This document shows, in pieces, positions 17,178 through 26,258 of a DNA stretch of 57,549 bases. Location: IMG/VR virus record IMGVR_UViG_3300029245_000012; one strand, written 5' to 3'. How positions within the stretch are numbered: the first letter of the stretch is position 1; the number at the start of each line of letters is the position of its first letter. The stretch is from a virus. A program made the position numbers and the translations under genes. The notes under the pieces were generated by a model that was not told the DNA's origin, made no database searches, and saw nothing but the letters and a program-made list of their open reading frames with translations.

Positions 17178-18854
17178 TTAATCGGCCGACAAGCAAGCCC
17201 AGAGCGCCCCGCCAAGCCTGAACCCGCAACTCAAGTAACAAAAGCCTGCAGCCGCGCCACCCCCGAGAGCACCGCCCTGGTAATATTCTCTAGTACCGCT
17301 AGTGCTAGTGTCACCTGCATAAAGAATATCTTTATTGCCTTGACCACTATTAGCCACTTGATTTGTAGGCAGCCATGCTCCATAATTCTGCTCTACATCG
17401 CCTGTCCAATAATCTGAACCTTTGCCGTCTGTGCTTGCCGCAATATTTCCAACAAGCAAGTAGCTTGATTTTATAGTGCTTTCATCTGTAACATGCTTTA
17501 TTCCCCTAGGAGCAACATACACATCCTTAGAATAATCAGATTTAAACACCATTACTGTATCAGATGCTATTATTCCGCCACCAGCCATATACTCAACACC
17601 CTGTATCCTACAAGGATGTTTTCCATCTGAATTGCTAACAGGAGAGCCATCATGGTGTCCAATTACGGCATCAGTATCACCACTATGTGCATGCATTGAC
17701 GTCATGTATATCTTTCTTTCACTAACCGGTAAAGTATCAAATGGTTGGCAGTCAAGGTATACCGCCTTATTGTTATCATCAAGCGTTTCTATTGCTGTGA
17801 TTTTTACATCATCAGCATAAGCATGAACGCTTGATACACCTCTATCAAGTGAGCCAGAAGTATCGGCATATCCAACAGATACACATAATCCTACTTGCAA
17901 ATTATCAGCTTGTGCGTTTGTAACCGGAAAATAATTATGCTTATCTGCTGATTGCACGCTTGATGGATATTGTATGTTCCAACTTGTTACACCCGCCATG
18001 CTATCTTGACTTGACTTATTTGCATACTTGATGAGGTTAAATATCTGTGCAAATGTATATCTGTCTGAGCCAGCTCCAGTATAGCCGGTGCCTTTCTTGC
18101 CATAGTTGGTTATCATGTTTTGATAGCTTTGATTTCTTGCGACTTTGCCTCGCTGAGAATGCAGTAACCCATCTGAGCCTGTAACACTTAAGTATCTCGA
18201 CTGAATGAAATAAGGCATTATCGTGCCATCTGCACGTACCGCTTGTTCCCATGGTTTAAGTCCAAGTTCTTCGTGTGGTGTGTCGGATATGACAAGCTCT
18301 CTGTACTCGTCTGACACGTCAAGCCAAGCGTAGTAAAATGTCATTTGCATGACGCCCATATCTGCATCGCCATCTATTTTGTAGGTGCTGTCACCCACAA
18401 ATGCCGTAGGGTATGCAAAGCCATCATCGTATCGCTTATAATTGACCTCATACCACTTAAATAATGGTATGTTTTCGTAATCATCTTGATTTTCTACTGT
18501 GTCCGTAGACGGTACGCAAACAAGGTCTTTATTATCCCTTGTTTTTTCACACAAAGATGTAGGATTTGATGTCGATTTTGGAACTTTAACTCCGTATATC
18601 TTGCCTGTTCTTTGCAAAGAAAAGAACTTGTCAAGTAATATGTCGTTAAGATTATCCACAGTGTCCTTAATTGCATTTATAGCATCACCAGTTGCTTTTG
18701 CATCTGCCGGTGTATCTTCAATAGTCAAGGTCTTGTCCGTAGGCACTGGATTATTCTTAAGATACTGCTCTACAATCTGCTTTATCTTATCATCGGTGAT
18801 ACCACCTTTTTTAATTTTTTTATTGAGTAATGCGTATACTTCCTCTGCATTCAT
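17178..18854 (-). CDS. fiber-like virion protein carrying the DGR variable region
   Basis: N-terminal TLTIEDTPADAKATGDAINAIKD is a fiber-type motif. The C-terminus YYQGGALGGGAAAGFCYLSCGFRLGG resembles C-type-lectin-fold DGR targets. The gene is followed by XkdW/XkdX-type genes. Confidence 0.7.
   Translation of the reverse strand: MNAEEVYALLNKKIKKGGITDDKIKQIVEQYLKNNPVPTDKTLTIEDTPADAKATGDAINAIKDTVDNLNDILLDKFFSLQRTGKIYGVKVPKSTSNPTSLCEKTRDNKDLVCVPSTDTVENQDDYENIPLFKWYEVNYKRYDDGFAYPTAFVGDSTYKIDGDADMGVMQMTFYYAWLDVSDEYRELVISDTPHEELGLKPWEQAVRADGTIMPYFIQSRYLSVTGSDGLLHSQRGKVARNQSYQNMITNYGKKGTGYTGAGSDRYTFAQIFNLIKYANKSSQDSMAGVTSWNIQYPSSVQSADKHNYFPVTNAQADNLQVGLCVSVGYADTSGSLDRGVSSVHAYADDVKITAIETLDDNNKAVYLDCQPFDTLPVSERKIYMTSMHAHSGDTDAVIGHHDGSPVSNSDGKHPCRIQGVEYMAGGGIIASDTVMVFKSDYSKDVYVAPRGIKHVTDESTIKSSYLLVGNIAASTDGKGSDYWTGDVEQNYGAWLPTNQVANSGQGNKDILYAGDTSTSGTREYYQGGALGGGAAAGFCYLSCGFRLGGALWACLSAD
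17191..17278 (-). repeat. DGR-type variable repeat (VR) in last ~30 codons of fiber-like gene
   Basis: 20 mismatches to the TR. 18 of them lie at TR adenines. Confidence 0.75.
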
Positions 18855-18866
18855 GTGCGCACCTCT

Positions 18867-19103
18867 CTATTCCTGTTTTATCCAACTATCGCCGTCAAAC
18901 TTATATAAGTCTGTCGTGTCTATCATGTAGCACGAACTACCAAATGACACATATGTTGGTAGCTTATCTATATCCTCAGCCAAAGCGTTATATTCTCTGT
19001 AATTTCCTTTAGACTCTAATGCGGTAATGCTACCCATATCAGGTACATCATCGCCCGGTTCATACACTTGTCCGTCTTGGACTACTGTATATCTAGTCAC
19101 CAT
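18867..19103 (-). CDS. hypothetical protein (78 aa)
   Basis: ATG at 19101-19103 after GGAGGT. It overlaps the portal stop. Confidence 0.5.
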   Translation of the reverse strand: MVTRYTVVQDGQVYEPGDDVPDMGSITALESKGNYREYNALAEDIDKLPTYVSFGSSCYMIDTTDLYKFDGDSWIKQE

Positions 19104-20526
19104 TGTTATTACCTCCGTTGCCAAGATTATCTATTATCTCTTGTGCTTTTTGTTCTTGCTGCTCTGCATTATCTATAGTTAGATATAACTTATCCAAATA
19201 TTTCTTGGACAGCAAAAATGTTTTTTCTGCATCTCCCCACAATCCAACAGTCTTGATTGCAACAAGTGGATGTATTCCAGCCTGCAGTAGAACAACCAGA
19301 GTCTGAGCTTTGGTGTACATATTATCTTGTGGGCTATGATTTATCTGCACTGAAAAATCTCTAACCGTCAGTTTTAAATCTTCTGCATACAGTCTAATTG
19401 CATTAAGCGCAAGTTTAGCAAGCCGTTTTTCTGATGTTGCGACAAGCGGGTCTTTTAACTTTGTTCGTGTCTTACTAAAATCCCATCCGTTCCTTAACTC
19501 GACAGCTCCTTGCGTATCTCCGCCAGTGTTACCTTGCTTAGTTGGGATTGCAAGAATTGTCTGAACGTTATCCCATAAGTCATCCTTGGCAACCTGAGTC
19601 TGAGATTGATTAAGCTCTTGCGACATAACATCTACATCAGCATTGTTGACACCATTAGTCGATTTAACAACTAGGGCGCCCATTTCTTTCATAGCTTTAA
19701 ACTTGTCCTTGTCAACATCACAATTAACAAACTTAATCCAAGACTGCACAAACTGTTCTATGCTATCCATTCTGTTGGATTGCATATTGTTGATTGCATC
19801 AAGCATATCTATTACAAGCTCAATATCACTTATTCTTTCGTGGTTATTAGGGTACTCAACAATCGGTATATCTCCGTAAGCGTGTAATTTCCAGTCTGTG
19901 ACCGTGCTGTTATATATCTTGCACTCATGCGTGACTGTGTAACACTGCTTATACCACTTGCCATCACTATCTTTAAGTTCCGTGACGGCAACCATCGGTT
20001 CTTCAGTGTTGCTATTGTATATGATAAAGGTATTGAGCGGACAAGGCGTAACAATCCTGAATGGCACATCACCGTTTGGATTAAACTGGATAGCTTTAAA
20101 TGCTGTACCAGTGGCAGATTGCCATTCACCAGCCTTTATGTCCTTATCTTGCTTACAAGCGTCTACCATGTAATCATTCAGATCGTCAACCGCATTATTG
20201 ATCGAGTCATCATCTTTACGGCTGATGTACTGTACTGGTTCTCCATAAGTTTGTCCAACTTTGAATTGCACAATTTCATATGCATGATTTTCTACGATGT
20301 AATTAACTACATCATCACGAATTACTTTAATTCTGTACCTTATTGGTTGGTCGCCTTTGTAATAATTCCATAAATACTTTATAATTGGCTTATTCCAGTT
20401 AAATACTCCTATGCACTCACCGACTACATTCACAATATTATCCGGTGTAATGGTGTCTACATTGGTATATGCTATTTTTCTACCATAGTGGCCTCTTACA
20501 AGGTCTTGCAAATGTAATCTGTTCAT
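19093..20526 (-). CDS. portal protein (SPP1 gp6-like)
   Basis: 477 aa. Size and sequence style fit SPP1-type portals. Confidence 0.8.
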   Translation of the reverse strand: MNRLHLQDLVRGHYGRKIAYTNVDTITPDNIVNVVGECIGVFNWNKPIIKYLWNYYKGDQPIRYRIKVIRDDVVNYIVENHAYEIVQFKVGQTYGEPVQYISRKDDDSINNAVDDLNDYMVDACKQDKDIKAGEWQSATGTAFKAIQFNPNGDVPFRIVTPCPLNTFIIYNSNTEEPMVAVTELKDSDGKWYKQCYTVTHECKIYNSTVTDWKLHAYGDIPIVEYPNNHERISDIELVIDMLDAINNMQSNRMDSIEQFVQSWIKFVNCDVDKDKFKAMKEMGALVVKSTNGVNNADVDVMSQELNQSQTQVAKDDLWDNVQTILAIPTKQGNTGGDTQGAVELRNGWDFSKTRTKLKDPLVATSEKRLAKLALNAIRLYAEDLKLTVRDFSVQINHSPQDNMYTKAQTLVVLLQAGIHPLVAIKTVGLWGDAEKTFLLSKKYLDKLYLTIDNAEQQEQKAQEIIDNLGNGGNNNGD

Positions 20527-20534
20527 GTCAACTC

Positions 20535-21455
20535 CTACTTCATGAGTTCGTTTACTCTCTTCTGAATCTTATCGGGATCATAACCTGCTGCCTTAAGCCT
20601 GTCGATACGTTCCTGTCCGTTGCCCCAGCGGCCAGCAATGACCTCATGTGCAACCGCATTGATGATCTTATCCTGTGTAATCTGTGATGTCTTGACGAGC
20701 TTGTTTACTGCAGCCTGTACCTTGTTGTAGTCATATCCAGCCTTGGTCAATCTGCTCTTGCGATCAGTACCATTGCCCCACTTGCCAGCAAGTACTTCTC
20801 TTGCGATCGTATTGACACTCTTCTTTACCGGCTTAATAGTGGCAATCTTCACAGCCTTAGTAGCCAGCTTGCGCCATGATGCTGCACTTATGTATGCTTT
20901 GTTGAGGTCAAGGCTACCGTTATAGCCAGGGAGTTTGCCAACGGATGTATACTGTCTGAGTAAACAGTTATAAGCTCCCTCGTTCCACGGATGTTTCTGA
21001 TAACCAGTCTCAACATAGTCTGGGTACTGAGCCACCCACAGGCCATATCCAGCCTTTTTTACGGCGTTCATAGCACTCTTCTGGATGTAGATAAGCGGTT
21101 TGATGCCGGTCTTTTTCTGTACGTAGCTGCACCACTGTAAGCACCATTCCAAATCTTTGACACCAAACAGAGGGTTATTCTTCGCCTCCCAGTCAAGTAC
21201 AATGATTGCTTTGCCGATATACTTCTTGACATATGCAAGGAAGTAGTCAGCCTCTTTTTGTACGTCACCGCCGTTAGCATAATGATACGCACCTAACAGT
21301 TTTTTCTTGTTCAGAACTTTGTCACAGTGACTTGTAAAGTATCTGTTCTTATAGCTTGTTCCCTCAGTTGCTTTGACAATGCAAAAATCAAAATGAACTT
21401 TGCTTAAATCTATATTTTTGTCGCCTTGCCAGGCGCTAATATCTATTCCATTCAT
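20535..21455 (-). CDS. endolysin: GH25 muramidase plus two CW_7 (Cpl-7) repeats
   Basis: N-terminus GIDISAWQG...VKATEG. Two C-terminal repeats fit G(K/R)WGNG..R...L..AGYD...(V/I)Q..VN.L. Confidence 0.85.
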   Translation of the reverse strand: MNGIDISAWQGDKNIDLSKVHFDFCIVKATEGTSYKNRYFTSHCDKVLNKKKLLGAYHYANGGDVQKEADYFLAYVKKYIGKAIIVLDWEAKNNPLFGVKDLEWCLQWCSYVQKKTGIKPLIYIQKSAMNAVKKAGYGLWVAQYPDYVETGYQKHPWNEGAYNCLLRQYTSVGKLPGYNGSLDLNKAYISAASWRKLATKAVKIATIKPVKKSVNTIAREVLAGKWGNGTDRKSRLTKAGYDYNKVQAAVNKLVKTSQITQDKIINAVAHEVIAGRWGNGQERIDRLKAAGYDPDKIQKRVNELMK

Positions 21456-21476
21456 TATTTGTACCTCCTTTTACAT

Positions 21477-21505
21477 TAAAAAAGCACCAGTAAAGCTACT
21501 GGTGC
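21477..21505 (-). terminator. Rho-independent terminator upstream of endolysin
   Basis: Minus sense reads GCACCAGTA-GCTT-TACTGGTGC followed by TTTTTT. Confidence 0.65.
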
Positions 21506-21622
21506 CTCCAAAGGGTTTATGAGGTTTGAAAAAGTATGAGAAAAAACAAAGTGTTTATCAATCAACTTGTTCATGATATATTATATAATATGTTTTATGG
21601 GACATTCTAGGACATTTAGGGA

Positions 21623-22045
21623 CTACTTATATGTGTTTCCCCATTTTTGTTCAAATTCCTGTAATGCTTTACCATGTCTACGTATGATCTGTTTGTAACA
21701 ATAGTTCATCTCTATTGCCATTTTTTCAAAAGTCTTTTGTTCAACGTATCTTGAAAATAAAATCTGATAAGTCATTTCGTCAGACATACTATCTATCTGA
21801 GATATAATTATTCGTTTATTGTCAATGTATCTATCAACAAGCATGTCTATTTCATTTTCCATTTGCTCAATTTTGGACACAATCTTGTCCATGGTGTCAT
21901 AGCTAGGTGATGACTGCACTCTTTCATCATTTTTGACTGCTGATACGCTACAAGCCATAGATCTGTACTGTGCAAGCTCCACTAGCTTATTATTGATAAG
22001 TCGGTCATATCTGCCTATTTGTTGCAAGTATTCCTTTGTTTCCAC
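21623..22045 (-). CDS. sigma-70 region-4-like / RinA-ArpU-type putative late regulator
   Basis: 140 aa with a C-terminal HTH-like segment KTFEKMAIEMNYCYKQIIRRHGKALQEF. Confidence 0.45.
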   Translation of the reverse strand: METKEYLQQIGRYDRLINNKLVELAQYRSMACSVSAVKNDERVQSSPSYDTMDKIVSKIEQMENEIDMLVDRYIDNKRIIISQIDSMSDEMTYQILFSRYVEQKTFEKMAIEMNYCYKQIIRRHGKALQEFEQKWGNTYK

Positions 22046-22048
22046 TAA

Positions 22049-23821
22049 TCAATACCTCCTAAATGGATTTAATGTCGCCTCTGCTACTGCTGTATTTTCT
22101 GGATTTTCAATAAACATTTCCAACTGAGTGATTCCGTCTGCTGCATCATCATGCTCATTGCCACCAATGCTAACAAACATTGTCAGCTCATCCATAGCAG
22201 CTTGATATTCGTCATCTCTGTAATACCTTTTTATTCCAAGTTCTGCATCTTTTTGCATCTGCTCTTGGGTTCTTCTGTGTGTGTCCAAAAATATAAATTT
22301 ACGTTTTACATCGCCAGAATAGGCTATTATCTTTGCTAACTTTTCAACTTTGTTTGGTGCTTTTCGACTTGAACACGAACATTTATAGCCCTGTTCTTGT
22401 AGTTTTTCATCTACATATTGGCAGTAAAGATCACCACCAACATTACCCTCAAATCTAGTTTGCCTTATTCCATTTTCAATAATTCGACCTACAACAAGTG
22501 GCACTGTAACCTCTTTTGTGCCCTTATTAAACACCCAGCCTATGATATAAACATCACCATTGTCATATTCAACGCCAATAGGCATTGATAAGCTATCTCC
22601 ACCACCCCAGGCTATATCTGTAACACCAATGTGCCTACAATCTCCGTCTGGTAAAACTCCGTTAAAATATCTAAGACTATCTGTTGGGAATAGCAATCCC
22701 TCACGGACGTAAGGCTTTTGCATGAACTTAGCCATCCATTCAGCGTTATCCAACTTGTCTCGCATATCCCTATAGTATTCCGTGGAAAATCCGTTTATTT
22801 CATAGTTGAAATTACTTTCGTCATTCTCATTAAGTGCCGGTATTTGCCTGAATCTATATTGAGGGTCTTTTTCATATTGTTTTCTGAGACGTTCCAGCGG
22901 GTCTAGGACATTCCAGAGAGTACCAACCATCAATTCTCTTGCACCGTCGTTTTTACGGTCTACCATTGTATTAAGGTATTCCTGATAGGTATTTTCCATA
23001 CGTGTAGGTGACAGAGAATGTTCACGATCACGCACAAGGTCATCGACATACAGATATCCGTCCGCTGATACATCAACGGCACCTATCCATGTGCCATCAA
23101 TACCCCTACAAGTAATTGTTGCAAATCTGTCCGGATCACCAAGCGTAATCGTAAATTCATCCGCACTTTTATCTGTAACAACTGATTTGTATTTTGGGTG
23201 ATAATAACCAAACAATTCTCCAAATGTGTACTCAGGCGTTGATAAAAGATTCATAAGTTCTTTGTAAAATCCCTTAGCAAGTATTCCTGAATGTCCACCC
23301 ATTGCTGAATGGCTATTTGGTCTGCGCAGCATAATCCACGCAAGAAAAAAAATACAAATTGTACTCTTTCCAACACGGGACGGCATAGACAAGCCATAGA
23401 ACTTGATTTTGCGCTGCTCCAAATCTTCCAAATCTTGCGCAACAACATTTAAGGTTTTTCGCCTAGGCTGGTAAAATCTCTTCTGCCAAGCTCTATTCTT
23501 CTCCATGTAAAAAATAAAACTTTCAAATTTATCATAAGATTCAAGTTTCAGAATTTGATAATATTGATTGACAAGCTCTATCTCTGTCTTGTTTGCCTGG
23601 GCAAATTTCTCTATTCCCCAAATGTCCATGCCGAATTGTTTCAAACAGAATTGATTCACGATTGCCTTTGACCTTGCCGTGCATTCAAGCATTGTAGTGA
23701 TATCACCATCATTTTTGGCTAGTTGGCAAGTATCAAGATAGGCATTGATAATTGTTTCGTCTATGCCCCGGATATCTATGTATTTTTCGCAATCCTTAAT
23801 CAAATTCTGTAATTCAGACAT
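22049..23821 (-). CDS. terL: terminase large subunit
   Basis: 590 aa with Walker-A-like SMPSRVGKST and an acidic YLYVDDLV segment. Upstream of the portal region. Confidence 0.85.
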   Translation of the reverse strand: MSELQNLIKDCEKYIDIRGIDETIINAYLDTCQLAKNDGDITTMLECTARSKAIVNQFCLKQFGMDIWGIEKFAQANKTEIELVNQYYQILKLESYDKFESFIFYMEKNRAWQKRFYQPRRKTLNVVAQDLEDLEQRKIKFYGLSMPSRVGKSTICIFFLAWIMLRRPNSHSAMGGHSGILAKGFYKELMNLLSTPEYTFGELFGYYHPKYKSVVTDKSADEFTITLGDPDRFATITCRGIDGTWIGAVDVSADGYLYVDDLVRDREHSLSPTRMENTYQEYLNTMVDRKNDGARELMVGTLWNVLDPLERLRKQYEKDPQYRFRQIPALNENDESNFNYEINGFSTEYYRDMRDKLDNAEWMAKFMQKPYVREGLLFPTDSLRYFNGVLPDGDCRHIGVTDIAWGGGDSLSMPIGVEYDNGDVYIIGWVFNKGTKEVTVPLVVGRIIENGIRQTRFEGNVGGDLYCQYVDEKLQEQGYKCSCSSRKAPNKVEKLAKIIAYSGDVKRKFIFLDTHRRTQEQMQKDAELGIKRYYRDDEYQAAMDELTMFVSIGGNEHDDAADGITQLEMFIENPENTAVAEATLNPFRRY

Positions 23822-23827
23822 AAAAAT

Positions 23828-23854
23828 AGCACCTCGCTAAAAAGCAGAGGTGCT
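23828..23854 (-). promoter_or_regulatory. hairpin sequestering the terL RBS (terminator-like)
   Basis: Minus sense reads AGCACCTC-11 nt-GAGGTGCT then ATTTTT-ATG. The GAGGTG RBS lies in the 3' arm. Confidence 0.45.
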
Positions 23855-23920
23855 ACGGCCTCTGCCTATAATTTTTCTAGGGTAGCGACTAACTCCGTCT
23901 GTTAGCCGGTAATATTTTTA

Positions 23921-24307
23921 TTAAAATGTTGGTATTGCATCACAGCAAACCGGATGTAATCTATTCAAAAGTGCATTATAATCATCAATTACATACCTTA
24001 CCGGAATCGTATATGCTTTAATACCATATTTATCTGCTGTTTCCCTTTCAATGCAACAGCCGTTCCAATCGTAGCTCTCACATATTCCCATGAATACATC
24101 AGCCTGTGCCAGTTTCTTAAGACTTTCCCCTAAAAACCAAATGGCTTGATTGTTGCTTTTAGGTGGGTTATCCTCAACGTAACTGTCGATAAGCTCTAAT
24201 TCCTCGCCCTCGTATATCTCTGCTACCTTTTTCATCTTCTGAATACTTGCTTTGATTTCTTCCTCTGTTCTGCCTTTCATAGGCACACTTACAAATAATT
24301 TTTTCAT
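23921..24307 (-). CDS. hypothetical protein (possibly nucleoside 2-deoxyribosyltransferase-like)
   Basis: MKKLFVSVPMKGRTEEEI N-terminal pattern. Weak recognition only. Confidence 0.5.
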   Translation of the reverse strand: MKKLFVSVPMKGRTEEEIKASIQKMKKVAEIYEGEELELIDSYVEDNPPKSNNQAIWFLGESLKKLAQADVFMGICESYDWNGCCIERETADKYGIKAYTIPVRYVIDDYNALLNRLHPVCCDAIPTF

Positions 24308-24317
24308 AATATCACTC

Positions 24318-24782
24318 CTAACAATTTATCTTTATTCCCTCTGTTAATATGGCGGTTTTATCCTCATTCAGAATCATATTTCCGTTTTCATCCGTTTTAT
24401 GCCATCGTGCATTAACTTTAATCATTGGACTTTGGTTTGAATGACCGATAAAATGCAACTCCATGTCCGTACAGTTTACTTTTTTGCCGTCAATAAACAC
24501 TTGTGCAGTTTTGCCATTGGATTTTATCATAATTTTTTCTTCTGCCAACTCAAATGGTTCACATTTATACATAGATTTCCAAGAATCCTCATACCACCTA
24601 TCCATTTGAGCAATAACACTTTTTGCATAATATGTAGGTTTGCTCATTGTCTTTGTACGGTTGCATAAAACCTCTTGATAGTTTTCAATTATAAATCGAC
24701 AATCATTGCCATCGTATTCATAATCTTTGTAAAATTGATAAAATGTTTTTAAATTTTTAACAAAATTAATTAGTGTTTTCAT
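24318..24782 (-). CDS. hypothetical protein
   Basis: 154-aa ORF, tightly packed. Confidence 0.6.
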   Translation of the reverse strand: MKTLINFVKNLKTFYQFYKDYEYDGNDCRFIIENYQEVLCNRTKTMSKPTYYAKSVIAQMDRWYEDSWKSMYKCEPFELAEEKIMIKSNGKTAQVFIDGKKVNCTDMELHFIGHSNQSPMIKVNARWHKTDENGNMILNEDKTAILTEGIKINC

Positions 24783-25011
24783 TCTTCATAAACCTCTCAA
24801 AATTCTTCTCACATTTTGAACATAATTCATACGTTTTATTTACATGTTCAAAAGCGCAAATTATAATATTCCCTCTTTCATCATCAAGACCAAAGGACGG
24901 AATTTCATTGGGGGAAGTACCATATTCAGAAAAATTTATTATCCCCATCGTTTCTGTGGTTATTTCTTTCCCACACCTATCACAAGTGTGCCATTCTCTT
25001 TCATGTTTCAT
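24766..25011 (-). CDS. small CxxC...CxxC zinc-ribbon protein
   Basis: ATG at 25009-25011 after GGGAGAG. Contains CDRCGK and CSKCEK. Confidence 0.55.
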   Translation of the reverse strand: MKHEREWHTCDRCGKEITTETMGIINFSEYGTSPNEIPSFGLDDERGNIIICAFEHVNKTYELCSKCEKNFERFMKNENTN

Positions 25012-25219
25012 TGAATCTCTCCCATGATTGTGGCAAATACTCCACTGTTCCATCGTTTTCTGACTTTTGCCATCCACTATCGCTACTGTAGTTATCACGG
25101 CAAATAGCACCTGTACGTGATATCACAATATAATTACCATCTTTTTTTGGATTACCACGTCTAAAGTGTTCTTCTGTGTATTCTTGTTTATGATTGCCCA
25201 CCGTCATTATTATTCTCAT
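25001..25219 (-). CDS. hypothetical small protein
   Basis: Start uncertain: 25219 has an AAGGTG RBS; 25207 is the alternative. Confidence 0.4.
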   Translation of the reverse strand: MRIIMTVGNHKQEYTEEHFRRGNPKKDGNYIVISRTGAICRDNYSSDSGWQKSENDGTVEYLPQSWERFNET

Positions 25220-25430
25220 TCCAATACACCTTAAACCCATGTTTTTTATATTCTGCAACTGCATTTTTAAGGCTGCCTATATCTTCATATTTCTCGTTTA
25301 ACATAATTGCTTTGTCATCCTTAACTACGGCATATATACCAAATTCAACAGCCTTTGACGCTATTTTTAAAACTCCTCTAAAGCCTTTTCTATTCATCGT
25401 GTACACGCTAGCATCAATATTAACTATCAT
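25188..25430 (-). CDS. hypothetical protein
   Basis: ATG at 25430 after GGTGGAG. Confidence 0.55.
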   Translation of the reverse strand: MIVNIDASVYTMNRKGFRGVLKIASKAVEFGIYAVVKDDKAIMLNEKYEDIGSLKNAVAEYKKHGFKVYWNENNNDGGQS

Positions 25431-25444
25431 TTCTCCACCAACTT

Positions 25445-25792
25445 TCAAATCAAACCCAACATATACAGAATGTCAACCCCCGATATTTCCTCCGTGCCCT
25501 CTCTTGTGTGCATAAGAATTTCTTTAAGTTTTTCATTTTCTGTATTGTTGTATTTGTCTTTGTTATACGTTTCTGAAAAACAATAATATTTGCAATATCC
25601 GTAGCCTACCCCAAGTCTGTTGCTGTATATGCTCTTTCCGACAATATCGTAATGTTTTGGTATTTTTAAAATATCGTGTTTTTCATCTAGGGTACATTCC
25701 CTTTGTTCTGCTTTTAGCTTTGATTGAAGGTATTTCAGAAAACTTCGTATATCCTGTTCTGATTTGGAAATATATAAAATAGTTTCATTCAT
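25445..25792 (-). CDS. hypothetical protein
   Basis: 115-aa ORF. Confidence 0.6.
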   Translation of the reverse strand: MNETILYISKSEQDIRSFLKYLQSKLKAEQRECTLDEKHDILKIPKHYDIVGKSIYSNRLGVGYGYCKYYCFSETYNKDKYNNTENEKLKEILMHTREGTEEISGVDILYMLGLI

Positions 25793-25807
25793 TCTTCCAC
25801 CAACTTT

Positions 25808-26074
25808 CTAAGCACCATTCATAAACATATTTCCAAAATGCAAATCATTTAGTGCTTTTTCTAGTTCGTCTTTGTACCTAAATGGACTTAATGGGCTTGT
25901 TATTTCTTCTCTCAAAGCTGGCATTGCCGCATCTATCGAAAAGCCTTGTGTAGCACTTGCAAGATTTTGTTGTGGTAACTCTGCAAGTGCGCACTCTACC
26001 ATTCTTTTATTATCACAATCATCTCTTTCAGGGCAAGTTTTGCACTTCTCTGACATTTTGCTTAAGCTCTGCAT
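25808..26074 (-). CDS. hypothetical Cys-containing protein
   Basis: ATG at 26072-26074 after GGTGGAG. Contains CKTCPERDDC. Confidence 0.55.
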   Translation of the reverse strand: MQSLSKMSEKCKTCPERDDCDNKRMVECALAELPQQNLASATQGFSIDAAMPALREEITSPLSPFRYKDELEKALNDLHFGNMFMNGA

Positions 26075-26256
26075 TTCTCCACCAACTTCCGGCCACAAAT
26101 AGGGCAATAATTTATGTCAAACCGCCCCGATCCATATTCGTTTCCACTATTGTCGTAGGACAGATGTCAGTTATGTGTATCGCCAACTATCATTGCATTT
26201 CCGTATGTATAACCATTTTCTATCTTTTCACTTTTGCCATCGCAAAATCTACACAC
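26062..26256 (-). other. zinc-ribbon ORF interrupted by one in-frame TGA (26167-26169)
   Basis: GTG start after GAGGAG. Reads VCRFCDGK...DTHN-TGA-HLSYDN...YCPICGRKL. The two CxxC knuckles lie on opposite sides of the stop. Confidence 0.4.
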
Positions 26257-26258
26257 TT

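Noticed and set aside
22049-23821. YLYVDDLV in TerL and HAYADDV in the fiber protein as possible reverse-transcriptase YxDD motifs
   Set aside because: The context is wrong. The proteins are otherwise terminase-like (Walker A, nuclease half) and fiber-like, with no other RT palm or finger motifs around these sequences.
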